Assembly (NCBI GenBank): GCA_051872765.1
Contig: JBJEED010000030.1
Span: forward strand, 1 to 53,751
Direction: 5' to 3'
From: Bacilli bacterium
Lineage (GTDB): Bacteria > Bacillota_I > Bacilli_A > RF39 > UBA660
DNA: 53,751 nt
The number at the start of each line of letters is the position of its first letter. The stretch's first letter is position 1. Of this stretch, positions 9,018 to 17,770 are shown piece by piece. A program made the position numbers and the translations under genes. The notes under the pieces were generated by a model. That model searched no databases, had not been told where the DNA came from, and saw only the letters and a list, made by a program, of their open reading frames with translations.

Positions 9018-9686
9018 CTAATTTATAATAACTTTGATAATTAATATAAAACTACTTAAATCTAATGTTGGCACTTCTGCTGCTTTAAACATCCAAACCA
9101 TATTAATTACTTTACTTGTATCAAAATTACTTAAGTCGAGAGTTGTTACTTTTAATCCACTAAACATACTCTCCATAGTAGTTACATTACTTGTATCAAA
9201 ACTACTTAAGTCTAAGACTGTAGATTGTGAACGAGAGAACATATGCGACATACTTACGATTGGTTTTCCGTTTATACTCGAACATAATTCACTGGTTACT
9301 GGTCTTGCACTTTCTTTATCAGTAAGTATTACTCCCCATACATCAAAACTTGTGTCTTTCCATTCATTTACATATTCATCTGAATACTTACCCTCTTGCA
9401 TGTATCTATATGTATATTGTCCACCTACATATTCTACCCCTTGTTTTAATTCACCATTATATGTACAACTAGGTTTTTCTTCTTTTATTATATCTTCTTC
9501 AATATTATTATTTTCTTCGTCATTTTTTTCATCATCTATATTATTATCTTCATTATCTACTAATGTATTATCATCATTTATATTACTTTTATTATCTTTA
9601 TAATGTTCAATATATCCAATAATACTTAATGTACTAAATATAACAAATAATATTGATAATACTACTATTAATACTTTATGTTTCAT
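9018..9686 (-). CDS. Membrane-anchored BspA/DUF285 leucine-rich-repeat surface protein, probably C-terminally truncated
   Basis: N-terminal TM, acidic linker, then about 25-aa repeats LDLSSFDTSNVTTMESMF and LDLSNFDTSKVINMVWMF; the third repeat breaks off after LDLSSF. Confidence 0.85.
   Translation of the reverse strand: MKHKVLIVVLSILFVIFSTLSIIGYIEHYKDNKSNINDDNTLVDNEDNNIDDEKNDEENNNIEEDIIKEEKPSCTYNGELKQGVEYVGGQYTYRYMQEGKYSDEYVNEWKDTSFDVWGVILTDKESARPVTSELCSSINGKPIVSMSHMFSRSQSTVLDLSSFDTSNVTTMESMFSGLKVTTLDLSNFDTSKVINMVWMFKAAEVPTLDLSSFILIIKVIIN
9541..9686 (-). repeat. Copy 2 of an approximately 145-bp direct repeat encoding a shared membrane anchor
   Basis: 38 of the first 49 aa are identical to those encoded at 10904-11050. 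Confidence 0.9.
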
Positions 9687-9718
9687 ACAAAACTTCTCTT
9701 ATTACACAATAATAATTT

Positions 9719-11050
9719 TTAATCGGTTTCTACATTATAATAATTAAGTGACCAATATATTATACCTATTTCTTTTTTTAATAATTTATTATTTTTATCA
9801 AATTCTAATAAATATCCTGCATATACTTCATAATCATCATATTTTTTTACTAAATCTTTCCATTTTTTAGTATTTCTAACGGTAATATCTGAATATGCTA
9901 TATAAAAATTACCGTTTTCGCCGATATAAGAGAGTTTATAATCATCTTCTTTTAGTTCAATATTAGAATCAACAATTATTTTATCATCATCAAGATTTTT
10001 AATTTTAATCAAATTATCTTTATCTAGATATAATAAGTATGAAGAATTTATTGATAATGCTATTATATCTTTATTTGGATAATCCACTATATTATTATCT
10101 TTATCAATTACATTTAATTTGTTTTCTTCTATGTAATACAATATATTATTTTTTATATAGTAATTCCTACCATATGTGCTAACAGTTGGCCACATTGTAG
10201 TGACATTTTTAAAATTGGATAGAAAAATACTTTCTTGACCATAAGGATGTCCAACTATATAAAAATCTCCTTCTTTATAAAAAGAACTTATAATACCATC
10301 TAAATCTTCATCAAATGAATGTACTATTTTTTCTTTATTTATATCATAAACTACTGTTATATAATAAGGATAGCCATTTTCAATTAAAATATATTTTTCT
10401 AAAGAAGAAAAGTTATAATATGTGCACATACTTTGATAAATCTCATTATCACTATATTCCACTTCGAAAGTATTAATATTTGAACAAAGTTCATCATTAG
10501 CCATGTAATAATTATTATCTAATATTTTATAGGATTTGATATTTATATCTTCTTTCTGATACTTATCATAATATTTATATATTTTTTCTATTTTAGACTC
10601 CTTAAAATCTTCCTTTTTAGTTAAATCTTTATATAAAACTTTATTATTATCATAAATAACAAAAATATCTCCATTTATGAAGTATTCGCATATATAATTT
10701 GTATATTTATAACTATCTATATATTCATAATCAAAATTATTAGAATTATTAGTACTTACTATATATCTATCATTTTTATTATCGAAATATATAAATAATT
10801 CTTTTTCTTCAATATATTCCTTATCGTCATCGTTTATATTATTATCATGATTTGTTTCATCTTCATTACTATTATTTTCATCATTATTTATTTCATTTTT
10901 AATATTACTATCTTCATTATCTACTACTTTATTATCATCATTTGAATTGCTTTTATTATCTTTATTATGTTCTATATATCCAATAACACTTAATGTACTA
11001 AATATAACGAATAAAATAGATGATACTATTACTAATATTTTACGTTTCAT
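9719..11050 (-). CDS. Membrane-anchored hypothetical surface protein (Asn/Asp-rich linker, Tyr-rich extracellular domain)
   Basis: N-terminal TM; start moved to ATG 11050, 8 nt after SD AGGAAG; no recognised catalytic motif. Confidence 0.8.
   Translation of the reverse strand: MKRKILVIVSSILFVIFSTLSVIGYIEHNKDNKSNSNDDNKVVDNEDSNIKNEINNDENNSNEDETNHDNNINDDDKEYIEEKELFIYFDNKNDRYIVSTNNSNNFDYEYIDSYKYTNYICEYFINGDIFVIYDNNKVLYKDLTKKEDFKESKIEKIYKYYDKYQKEDINIKSYKILDNNYYMANDELCSNINTFEVEYSDNEIYQSMCTYYNFSSLEKYILIENGYPYYITVVYDINKEKIVHSFDEDLDGIISSFYKEGDFYIVGHPYGQESIFLSNFKNVTTMWPTVSTYGRNYYIKNNILYYIEENKLNVIDKDNNIVDYPNKDIIALSINSSYLLYLDKDNLIKIKNLDDDKIIVDSNIELKEDDYKLSYIGENGNFYIAYSDITVRNTKKWKDLVKKYDDYEVYAGYLLEFDKNNKLLKKEIGIIYWSLNYYNVETD
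10904..11050 (-). repeat. Copy 1 of the shared membrane-anchor direct repeat
   Basis: MKRKILVIVSSILFVIFSTLSVIGYIEHNKDNKSN versus MKHKVLIVVLSILFVIFSTLSIIGYIEHYKDNKSN. Confidence 0.9.
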
Positions 11051-11148
11051 ATGAACCACTTCCTATTATTAATCATACTTATTGTAGCATGATATTAATA
11101 AAAAGTCATTGCTTTTAAAATATATTAACATTTTGTTATATAGTTTTA

Positions 11149-12240
11149 TTATTTTCTTATTAATCTTTTTTGTTTACTTGCTAAACTCTTATTAGTATAA
11201 TCACTGTTATCACTAACAGTAGAAATTATTTGTATATATTGAGGAATTTTAACGCTTGATGAAGTGTTTATTTCAAGTAAACCATATTCTCCATTATCAT
11301 CAAAGATGTCTAAATTAAAATATTCTTCATCATAAGTGAAGAAATATCTCATTTTGTTTATTTCATTTAGATTATTATCTTTAAACTCTAATAAATTATT
11401 ATATTCTTGTTCACTAATTTTTTTCTCACTTATTATAGATTTTGTTCCATCTTCTAAAGTTTTAAATATGCTATAGTAATAACTAGTTTCACCTTCAAAT
11501 TCTATTTTTCTAAGTCTTTTTTCTATATTTAAATCACTTAATAAATATATTTGCTTAATTCTTTGTACTCTTGAATTATTAATTATATAATTAATATCAC
11601 TATCTTTTAATGAAATTAAATATTTTTCTTGTTTTTTTATTTGTTGTTTTTCTAATAATTCATTTATTATATTTAATACTTCGTTTATTTTATCAAACAT
11701 AGTTGCTTTTGGACCTACTATTCTTATTTTTTTATGTCCCATCCAAGTATTCAATGTTTTATTGCCTAGTTCTAATGCATCATTTACATTTTCACTTCTT
11801 GCTTTATTATTTTCTGTTGTATAAAAATCTATACTACTTTTAAGTACTATTACTGCATCATATCTATTTAATAAATCAGATTTTGTTTTATCATTTAATA
11901 CTCTATCAATTAATATACTACTCTCATCATCATTCATATAAGCAAAATTATCAATAGTTCCTCTATCAAATACAACTATAACATCTTTTCCTAATTTATT
12001 AGCTGCATCAATATAAATATCTTCTTTTAATAATTGAAGTTTCATTACATATTCTTGAAAGTCTATTAAACTAACACAATTATTTCCAAAACATTTAATG
12101 CCACCATTTATTAATTCACTTGCTGTTTCACTAACAAATAATACTTGATATCCTTGGATAGTAAAATGCTTAATTATTCCATCTTTAACACTTGTTTTTC
12201 CAGATCCTGGTCCACCAGTTAATACTATTTTATATACCAT
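11149..12240 (-). CDS. P-loop kinase (AAA_28/NadR-like) fused to a CYTH-like domain
   Basis: TGGPGSGKT Walker A, ETASELI and DRG motifs; C-terminal CYTH-like strands (IKQIYL, KRLRK, KMRYFF, LDIF, LLEI). Confidence 0.8.
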   Translation of the reverse strand: MVYKIVLTGGPGSGKTSVKDGIIKHFTIQGYQVLFVSETASELINGGIKCFGNNCVSLIDFQEYVMKLQLLKEDIYIDAANKLGKDVIVVFDRGTIDNFAYMNDDESSILIDRVLNDKTKSDLLNRYDAVIVLKSSIDFYTTENNKARSENVNDALELGNKTLNTWMGHKKIRIVGPKATMFDKINEVLNIINELLEKQQIKKQEKYLISLKDSDINYIINNSRVQRIKQIYLLSDLNIEKRLRKIEFEGETSYYYSIFKTLEDGTKSIISEKKISEQEYNNLLEFKDNNLNEINKMRYFFTYDEEYFNLDIFDDNGEYGLLEINTSSSVKIPQYIQIISTVSDNSDYTNKSLASKQKRLIRK

Positions 12241-12798
12241 TTATTTTATTCTCCTAATTCTATTTAATGATTTATTAAGTTCATGAACAGAAGCCGTACT
12301 AACATCAAATCGATTTTTATTCATATCAAGTTCTATATTATTAAGTAAATAATAAATCATATTAATAACTCCTCTATGAGTAATAATTAATGTATCATCT
12401 TCTAGATTATATATATATGGTAATAATTCTTTAATCCTATTATATAAGTCTTTTAAAGACTCACCATTTGGATAAACATCTATAGGTGTTGGATTATCAA
12501 AATATGAGGGATACTCTTTTATAGCAGTTTCTTTTAACATACCATTTAAATCTCCTTTAGTTTGTTCTCTTAAAAACATTGTATATTCTAAAGGAGCATC
12601 TAAGTAATTTGATACAATAAATGATGTTTGTTTAGCTCTTGTTATATCACTAGATAATATTCTTTTAATATCAAGATTTTCTTTTAACCACCTAGCAGTG
12701 TTTTCTACTTCCTTTATCCCAATAGGTGTAATATTAACATCACTCCATCCCCCAATATAATTTTCATCATCTTGACCATGTCTCATTAAATAAATCAT
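12241..12798 (-). CDS. Histidine phosphatase (phosphoglycerate mutase-like)
   Basis: MRHGQ, SSDITRAKQT, LREQTKG, GES and THRG motifs. Confidence 0.92.
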   Translation of the reverse strand: MIYLMRHGQDDENYIGGWSDVNITPIGIKEVENTARWLKENLDIKRILSSDITRAKQTSFIVSNYLDAPLEYTMFLREQTKGDLNGMLKETAIKEYPSYFDNPTPIDVYPNGESLKDLYNRIKELLPYIYNLEDDTLIITHRGVINMIYYLLNNIELDMNKNRFDVSTASVHELNKSLNRIRRIK

Positions 12799-12822
12799 AA
12801 ATACCTCCTAAGTTACAATATA

Positions 12823-12851
12823 ATTATATGTGTATTTTATACACTTGTCAA
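12823..12851 (-). promoter_or_regulatory. Perfect sigma-A promoter with an internal palindrome
   Basis: TTGACA (12851-12846), 17 nt, TATAAT (12828-12823); GTGTAT-TTT-ATACAC at 12830-12844 fills the spacer. Confidence 0.85.
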
Positions 12852-12899
12852 TAAAGATTATTAATATTTATATTTAGTCAAATAAAAAAGTAGATTTCT

Positions 12900-13394
12900 C
12901 TACTTTACAAATCCTATTTTATTAAATGGAAATAATCTTAAAGTAACTCTTCCAACAATATCTTCTTTACTAAAATTTCCAAGTATTCTACTATCTTTTG
13001 ATATGTCTCTATTATCACCTAAAACAAAGTATTCATCTTTTCCTGTCTTAACTTCAAAATCATTAGTATATTCAAATTTAATATCAGTAACTAACTCTTT
13101 ACCATTAATATATAATTTATTATCTTCATATTTAATAGTTTCTTCTGGAAGTCCTATTATTCTTTTAATAATTCTATCATTATCTTGTTCATTATTAATT
13201 ACAACAATATCTAGTCTTTCTATGTCACTTAATTTATAAACTAATTTATTAATCATTACAAGTTGACCATCAGCAAGAGTATTATCCATACTATCTCCAT
13301 CGACTATCGCTGGAGTTATTATAAATGTTCTAATTAATAAAACTGCTAATACTATGATAATATAATCTTTTAATTCGAGTAATATTTTTTTCAT
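12900..13394 (-). CDS. lepB: Signal peptidase I
   Basis: One TM, VDGDSMDNTL (Ser), IIKRIIGLP (Lys), GDNRDISKDSR. Confidence 0.95.
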   Translation of the reverse strand: MKKILLELKDYIIIVLAVLLIRTFIITPAIVDGDSMDNTLADGQLVMINKLVYKLSDIERLDIVVINNEQDNDRIIKRIIGLPEETIKYEDNKLYINGKELVTDIKFEYTNDFEVKTGKDEYFVLGDNRDISKDSRILGNFSKEDIVGRVTLRLFPFNKIGFVK

Positions 13395-13432
13395 TCTTTT
13401 GTCCTTTCATAACAAAAAATTAGGCGTTAAAC

Positions 13433-13771
13433 CTAATTTCTTTCTTTAATTTTGAAACTTCCAGTAAGATCTTTTAAGAAGTTAAGTTTTGCTCTTCTTA
13501 CTTTACCTTTCTTAACTACTGTAATTTTATCAATTAGAGGACTATTTACAGGAAAAACTCTATTTATTCCTACATTTCCACTTTTCTTTCTTACAGTAAA
13601 TGTTTCAGAAACACTTCCACCTTTACGAGCAGTAACTACACCTTCAAATGCTTGAATTCTCTCTCTCTTACCTTCTTTAATCTTAACATCAACTCTAACT
13701 GTATCTCCAACTTGAAAAGCAGGTACATTAGGATTGATACTCTTCTTATTAATTTTGTCGATTAAATTCAC
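13433..13771 (-). CDS. rplS: 50S ribosomal protein bL19
   Basis: GDTVRVDVKIKEGKRERIQAFEGVV, GKVRRAKL; start set at GTG 13771 after SD GGGAGG. Confidence 0.97.
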   Translation of the reverse strand: MNLIDKINKKSINPNVPAFQVGDTVRVDVKIKEGKRERIQAFEGVVTARKGGSVSETFTVRKKSGNVGINRVFPVNSPLIDKITVVKKGKVRRAKLNFLKDLTGSFKIKERN

Positions 13772-13784
13772 GATAATACCTCCC

Positions 13785-13828
13785 TTTGTGCTTGATTTAA
13801 TCATACATAAATGTAGCGGATTAAGCGA
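13785..13828 (-). promoter_or_regulatory. L19 leader RNA
   Basis: UUAAU-CCGCU-ACAU-UU-AUGU-AUG-AUUAA: a stem with the conserved CCGCU bulge, located between a TTGATA-17-TATTAT promoter (13861-13833) and rplS. Confidence 0.6.
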
Positions 13829-13867
13829 TATAATAATAGCATAATTTTTAAGTTATATCAAGTATTT

Positions 13868-14875
13868 TTATTTATTAAAAGATAATTTCTTGAAATATTT
13901 TTTAATTCTATTATTATTTTCTCTTTTATATTTTTTTATTAGATATATTATTAGTTCTATTAATATAAACAATATTCCAAATAATATAAATAATGTAGCA
14001 TAATCTTTAAGAATACTTATAATGTTTAGGAATGTTGTTTTTATAAAATCAATTAATATATTTGGTAGTAGTTCTATATTTGATTGCAATTTTATTAATA
14101 ATTTATTTACAACATAAATCATTACACCACTAGATATAAATGTTAATCCTATCCATTTTAAACTTTTAATAAAACTTTTTCTTGTTATTACTATACCCAT
14201 AACATATAAAATAAATAATAATATCAATAAGAAATCAATAATATTTATATAAAATAATTTAATAATATATATAATATTTTTTATATTAATATTGTAATTT
14301 AAATTTAATAAGGAATTTAATCTATCACCTATACTTAGTATCTTTTCTTCTATTTTAGGTAATTTTAATTTAATTTTGTTTAATATTTTTTCTTGATTCT
14401 CTTTAGTTAATTTTTCACTTTTAGGTATATTTTTTTCTTGTAACTCTTCTACTATTAAACTCATATTTAATTCTAAGAAATTATATATAGAATCCTTTGT
14501 AAATACTCTTTCATCTTTACCATTTAGTATATTATCTATTTGTTTATTTAATGATTCTTTAACATAATTATTTATAGGAGTGGATGTAATAAATGCATCA
14601 ATTGTTTCTTCATCTATTCCAGAATCTATAAAATTATCTTTAATAAAATTAATTTCATCAAATTCATTTGTATTAATAAGAATATTCATTATATCTATAT
14701 TATTAATCATATTTTGTAATTCTTTTTCATTTAAAAATCCTTCACTTGCTTTTTTAATAGAAAAAATAACCATAACACTAAATACAACTAACATACATAA
14801 AAATGTAAGAATACCCATTAATAGTTTTTTAATAAATGATATTATTTTGTATATATTCTTTTTATTATCTTTCAT
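13868..14875 (-). CDS. Hypothetical membrane protein (1 N-terminal TM, soluble helical domain, 3 C-terminal TMs)
   Basis: Hydrophobicity pattern; ATGA overlap with the stop of the ftsW-like gene. Confidence 0.8.
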   Translation of the reverse strand: MKDNKKNIYKIISFIKKLLMGILTFLCMLVVFSVMVIFSIKKASEGFLNEKELQNMINNIDIMNILINTNEFDEINFIKDNFIDSGIDEETIDAFITSTPINNYVKESLNKQIDNILNGKDERVFTKDSIYNFLELNMSLIVEELQEKNIPKSEKLTKENQEKILNKIKLKLPKIEEKILSIGDRLNSLLNLNYNINIKNIIYIIKLFYINIIDFLLILLFILYVMGIVITRKSFIKSLKWIGLTFISSGVMIYVVNKLLIKLQSNIELLPNILIDFIKTTFLNIISILKDYATLFILFGILFILIELIIYLIKKYKRENNNRIKKYFKKLSFNK

Positions 14876-16053
14876 TTTACTTCCTTATCTATTCTACTTT
14901 CAATATTTATTCTTTGAACAACCGCCAATGAACAAATAAGCGCAACGCAAAAACTACCACCATAACTTAAGAATGGAAGTGGTACACCTGTAAGTGGAAT
15001 TATTCCAAGTACTCCTCCCAAATTAATAAATACATGTAACATAAAGATAATACCTATTCCATAACATATTATTGAATTTTGTAATTGTGTTGCATTAATA
15101 GCAGCTCTAAATATAAAATAAATCATTAACATATATGCAATTATTATTGCAGTACCACATAAATATCCTAATTCTTCTACTACAATTGGAAATATAAAAT
15201 CTGTATGACTTGCTGGTAAATATAAATATTTTTGTACTGAAGAACCAATACCACTACCTTTAAATCCACCATTGTTAATTGCAATATAACCATTACACAC
15301 CTGATATCCTGAGTTTTCTTCATATCTATCACATGGATTAGTATATATGAATCTATTTAATCTATAATCTTTTTTAAGTATGTCATCATCTATTACTAAA
15401 TATAAAAATTTAAGAGTTAGTACACATAATACTAGTCCACAAGTAGCAATACATTTTAAAACCTTAACTGGTTTATCTTTATTAGGAATACTTATAAACA
15501 CTAAAGCAAATAAAGCAAGCATTAATGCCGCACTACCAAAGTCTCCACCAGCTAAAATTAAAAGAGTACTTATGCCACATAAAAATAATGGCCATAAAAA
15601 ACCCCACTTTAATCTATTTTCTTTATTTATCCAACTATTATAATAAGAACCCATATACATAACTAAAAATACTTTTAAAAATTCTGCTGGTTGTAGATTA
15701 AATCCTAAAATATTTATAGATACTTCATTTACACCAGTTGAAAATAATTTATTTTTAGCATATATAAGTAATGTTGCTCCCATGAATGTAAGTGATAAAA
15801 AAAGTGATATACTTTTATAATATTTTGTTGGTATTTTTATTATAATTATTGAGGCAAATAATGAAACTGCTATAAAAATTAATTGTCTCTTAAAGAAGAA
15901 ATAAGGACTATCATTTCCATATGTTAATACAGATGAGATACTAGATGCATCCAATATTAAAAAAGCACCTCCTATTGCAAGTATAAGTGTAAGTATTAAA
16001 ATAGGCTTATTAATATATTTAAACAAATTTACTTTTTTCTTACCTTTATTCAT
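14872..16053 (-). CDS. ftsW: SEDS-family peptidoglycan polymerase (FtsW/RodA/SpoVE)
   Basis: LQPAEFLKV, GDFGSA, GYQ, AINNGGFKGSG, LPASHTDFIFPIVVEELG, TGVPLPFLSYGGS. The exact SEDS paralogue cannot be resolved. Start moved to ATG 16053. Confidence 0.9.
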   Translation of the reverse strand: MNKGKKKVNLFKYINKPILILTLILAIGGAFLILDASSISSVLTYGNDSPYFFFKRQLIFIAVSLFASIIIIKIPTKYYKSISLFLSLTFMGATLLIYAKNKLFSTGVNEVSINILGFNLQPAEFLKVFLVMYMGSYYNSWINKENRLKWGFLWPLFLCGISTLLILAGGDFGSAALMLALFALVFISIPNKDKPVKVLKCIATCGLVLCVLTLKFLYLVIDDDILKKDYRLNRFIYTNPCDRYEENSGYQVCNGYIAINNGGFKGSGIGSSVQKYLYLPASHTDFIFPIVVEELGYLCGTAIIIAYMLMIYFIFRAAINATQLQNSIICYGIGIIFMLHVFINLGGVLGIIPLTGVPLPFLSYGGSFCVALICSLAVVQRINIESRIDKEVK

Positions 16054-16060
16054 ATGATAT

Positions 16061-16089
16061 ATTATATAAAAAAAACGCATAAATGTAAA
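16061..16089 (-). promoter_or_regulatory. Sigma-A promoter giving a probably leaderless ftsW-like mRNA
   Basis: TTTACA (16089-16084), 17 nt, TATAAT (16066-16061), 7 nt, ATG; no SD. Confidence 0.65.
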
Positions 16090-16154
16090 TATTAGTTGTG
16101 TCATTAAATGCACCAATTGTATAAAATAATATAGATAATAAGGAGGAAAATTCT

Positions 16155-16337
16155 ATGTATTATTATGGATATAATGGTGGATATGCTAATAATGGCTATT
16201 ATGGAAACAATGCTTGTTGCTATGGAAACATGGGATATAATTATGGATATGGTTATGGAGCGGCTATTATATTAGTATTATTCATTTTATTAGTTATTAT
16301 CTTTGGTGCAGGCTTCTGGAATAACAACAATAACTAG
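16155..16337 (+). CDS. YjcZ/SscA-family small sporulation protein
   Basis: Gly/Tyr-rich N-terminus, then GAAIILVLFILLVIIFG; strong SD AGGAGG; own terminator. Confidence 0.85.
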   Translation: MYYYGYNGGYANNGYYGNNACCYGNMGYNYGYGYGAAIILVLFILLVIIFGAGFWNNNNN

Positions 16338-16338
16338 T

Positions 16339-16373
16339 AAAAAGAAGTTTCAAATAATATGAAACTTCTTTTA
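16339..16373. terminator. Bidirectional terminator (yjcZ-like / folA)
   Basis: AAAAGAAGTTTCA-N7-TGAAACTTCTTTT. Confidence 0.8.
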
Positions 16374-16850
16374 TTTTCTTCTATATAACACATGTTTAAA
16401 TTTAATATTATTTTCCTCACTACTTAATAATTCCTCACTTTCCCATAAGTTATTATCAAACTCTGGAAAATATGTATCTGCATCTAAACACTCCTCATCT
16501 ATATGTGTTAAGTACATCTTTCTTGCATATGGTAAAAATAATTTATAAATGGATGCCCCTCCAATAATAAATATTTCTTCATCACTATCTTTAAAATGTT
16601 CATTTAAACTATTAATATCATTGAATACTTCTACATCATTATTATCAATTGTATTTCTTGTTATTACAATATGATGTCTATTTGGTAACATTTTTGGAAG
16701 TGATTCAAAAGTTTTTCTTCCCATTATAATTGTATGACCAGTAGTCTTTTCTTTAAAAAATTTAAGATCTTTTTTTAATGACCAAATTAAATTATTATCA
16801 CGACCTAATTCATTATTTTTACCTATCGCAGCTATTATTGTATAATTCAT
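16371..16850 (-). CDS. folA: Dihydrofolate reductase
   Basis: IAAIGKNNELG, LIWSLKKDLKFFK, IMGRKTFES, LPNRHHIVITR, IIGGASIY, DTYFP. Confidence 0.96.
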   Translation of the reverse strand: MNYTIIAAIGKNNELGRDNNLIWSLKKDLKFFKEKTTGHTIIMGRKTFESLPKMLPNRHHIVITRNTIDNNDVEVFNDINSLNEHFKDSDEEIFIIGGASIYKLFLPYARKMYLTHIDEECLDADTYFPEFDNNLWESEELLSSEENNIKFKHVLYRRK

Positions 16851-16857
16851 ATTTCAC

Positions 16858-17760
16858 CTATTGTGCTATTGGAAATGATATTTTTCCATGATGCTTATAA
16901 TTTAATACTTTAATATCCTTTAAATCACTAGAATTATCAAATTTATAAAAATCTTTTATTTCTGGATTTAACCATAACTTAGGGGCAGGTAAATCTTCTA
17001 ATTCTTTTCCTCTTTTTATTTGTTCTTTTATTCCATCTATTTGATTAACATAAATATGAGCATCTTTAATACTCCAATATAGTTTTCCAGGCTTTAAACC
17101 ACTTACTTGAGCAAGCATACTAAGAAGCACAGCATATTGAGTTACATTAAATGGAAGACCAAGAGGAACATCACAACTTCTTTGATGAACCCAAGCATTT
17201 AATTTACCATCTGTAACATCCCATTCACTAGACCAAACACAAGATGGTAAAACGGCTGTATCCAAGTGAGCATTTTGCCATAAACTAATAATCATTCTTC
17301 TATCTTTAGGATTATTTTTTAACCTATCAAGTAATATATCCATTTGTTTATATTCTTTTACTATCCAACCATAAGCAGTTCCAATTGTATGAGCATACTC
17401 TTTACCAAAATCTTTTTCAACATTTTGTTTTACAAGTTTACCATTTTCATCAGGTAACATTTGAATAGCTCTCCATTTACCATCTTCATCTATTTCCCAC
17501 TCATCCCAAATATGAACATTTCTTTCTTGAAGCCATCTAACATCATTACTTTGTACTTGATATATCCATAGCATTTCAAGAATTGCTTGTCTATAAAATA
17601 GTTGTTTTGTTGTTAAAAATGGAAATTCTTTTTCTAAATCAAATTCAAAATTATAAGCAGGTATTTTAATACTATTAACACCTGTTCTATTTTCAACTTC
17701 TACCCCTTCTTTTAATATTTTTTTACATAGTTTTAAATATTCTTTATCCCACTTTGACAT
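16858..17760 (-). CDS. thyA: Thymidylate synthase
   Basis: ENRTG, FPFLTTK, IWDEW, LPSC (catalytic Cys), QRSCDVPLGLPFN, DAHIY. Confidence 0.97.
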   Translation of the reverse strand: MSKWDKEYLKLCKKILKEGVEVENRTGVNSIKIPAYNFEFDLEKEFPFLTTKQLFYRQAILEMLWIYQVQSNDVRWLQERNVHIWDEWEIDEDGKWRAIQMLPDENGKLVKQNVEKDFGKEYAHTIGTAYGWIVKEYKQMDILLDRLKNNPKDRRMIISLWQNAHLDTAVLPSCVWSSEWDVTDGKLNAWVHQRSCDVPLGLPFNVTQYAVLLSMLAQVSGLKPGKLYWSIKDAHIYVNQIDGIKEQIKRGKELEDLPAPKLWLNPEIKDFYKFDNSSDLKDIKVLNYKHHGKISFPIAQ

Positions 17761-17770
17761 TTTAATCTCC

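Noticed and set aside
9050-9240. 75-bp periodic repeats as a possible CRISPR array
   Set aside because: They are in-frame coding DUF285 repeats with no unique spacers and no cas genes.
9034-9603. 189-aa plus-strand ORF
   Set aside because: Antisense shadow of the BspA-repeat gene; no SD; its periodicity simply mirrors the repeats.
13772-13804. N-terminal extensions in the ORF track (rplS, ftsW, mutS, xpaC, ezrA, comN, DUF3810)
   Set aside because: They run through SD or promoter sequences; downstream starts fit family N-termini better.
14872-14875. Possible UGA=Trp recoding (Mollicutes-like AT content)
   Set aside because: TGA ends genes in ATGA overlaps here and at 37081-37084, and long ORFs are intact under code 11.
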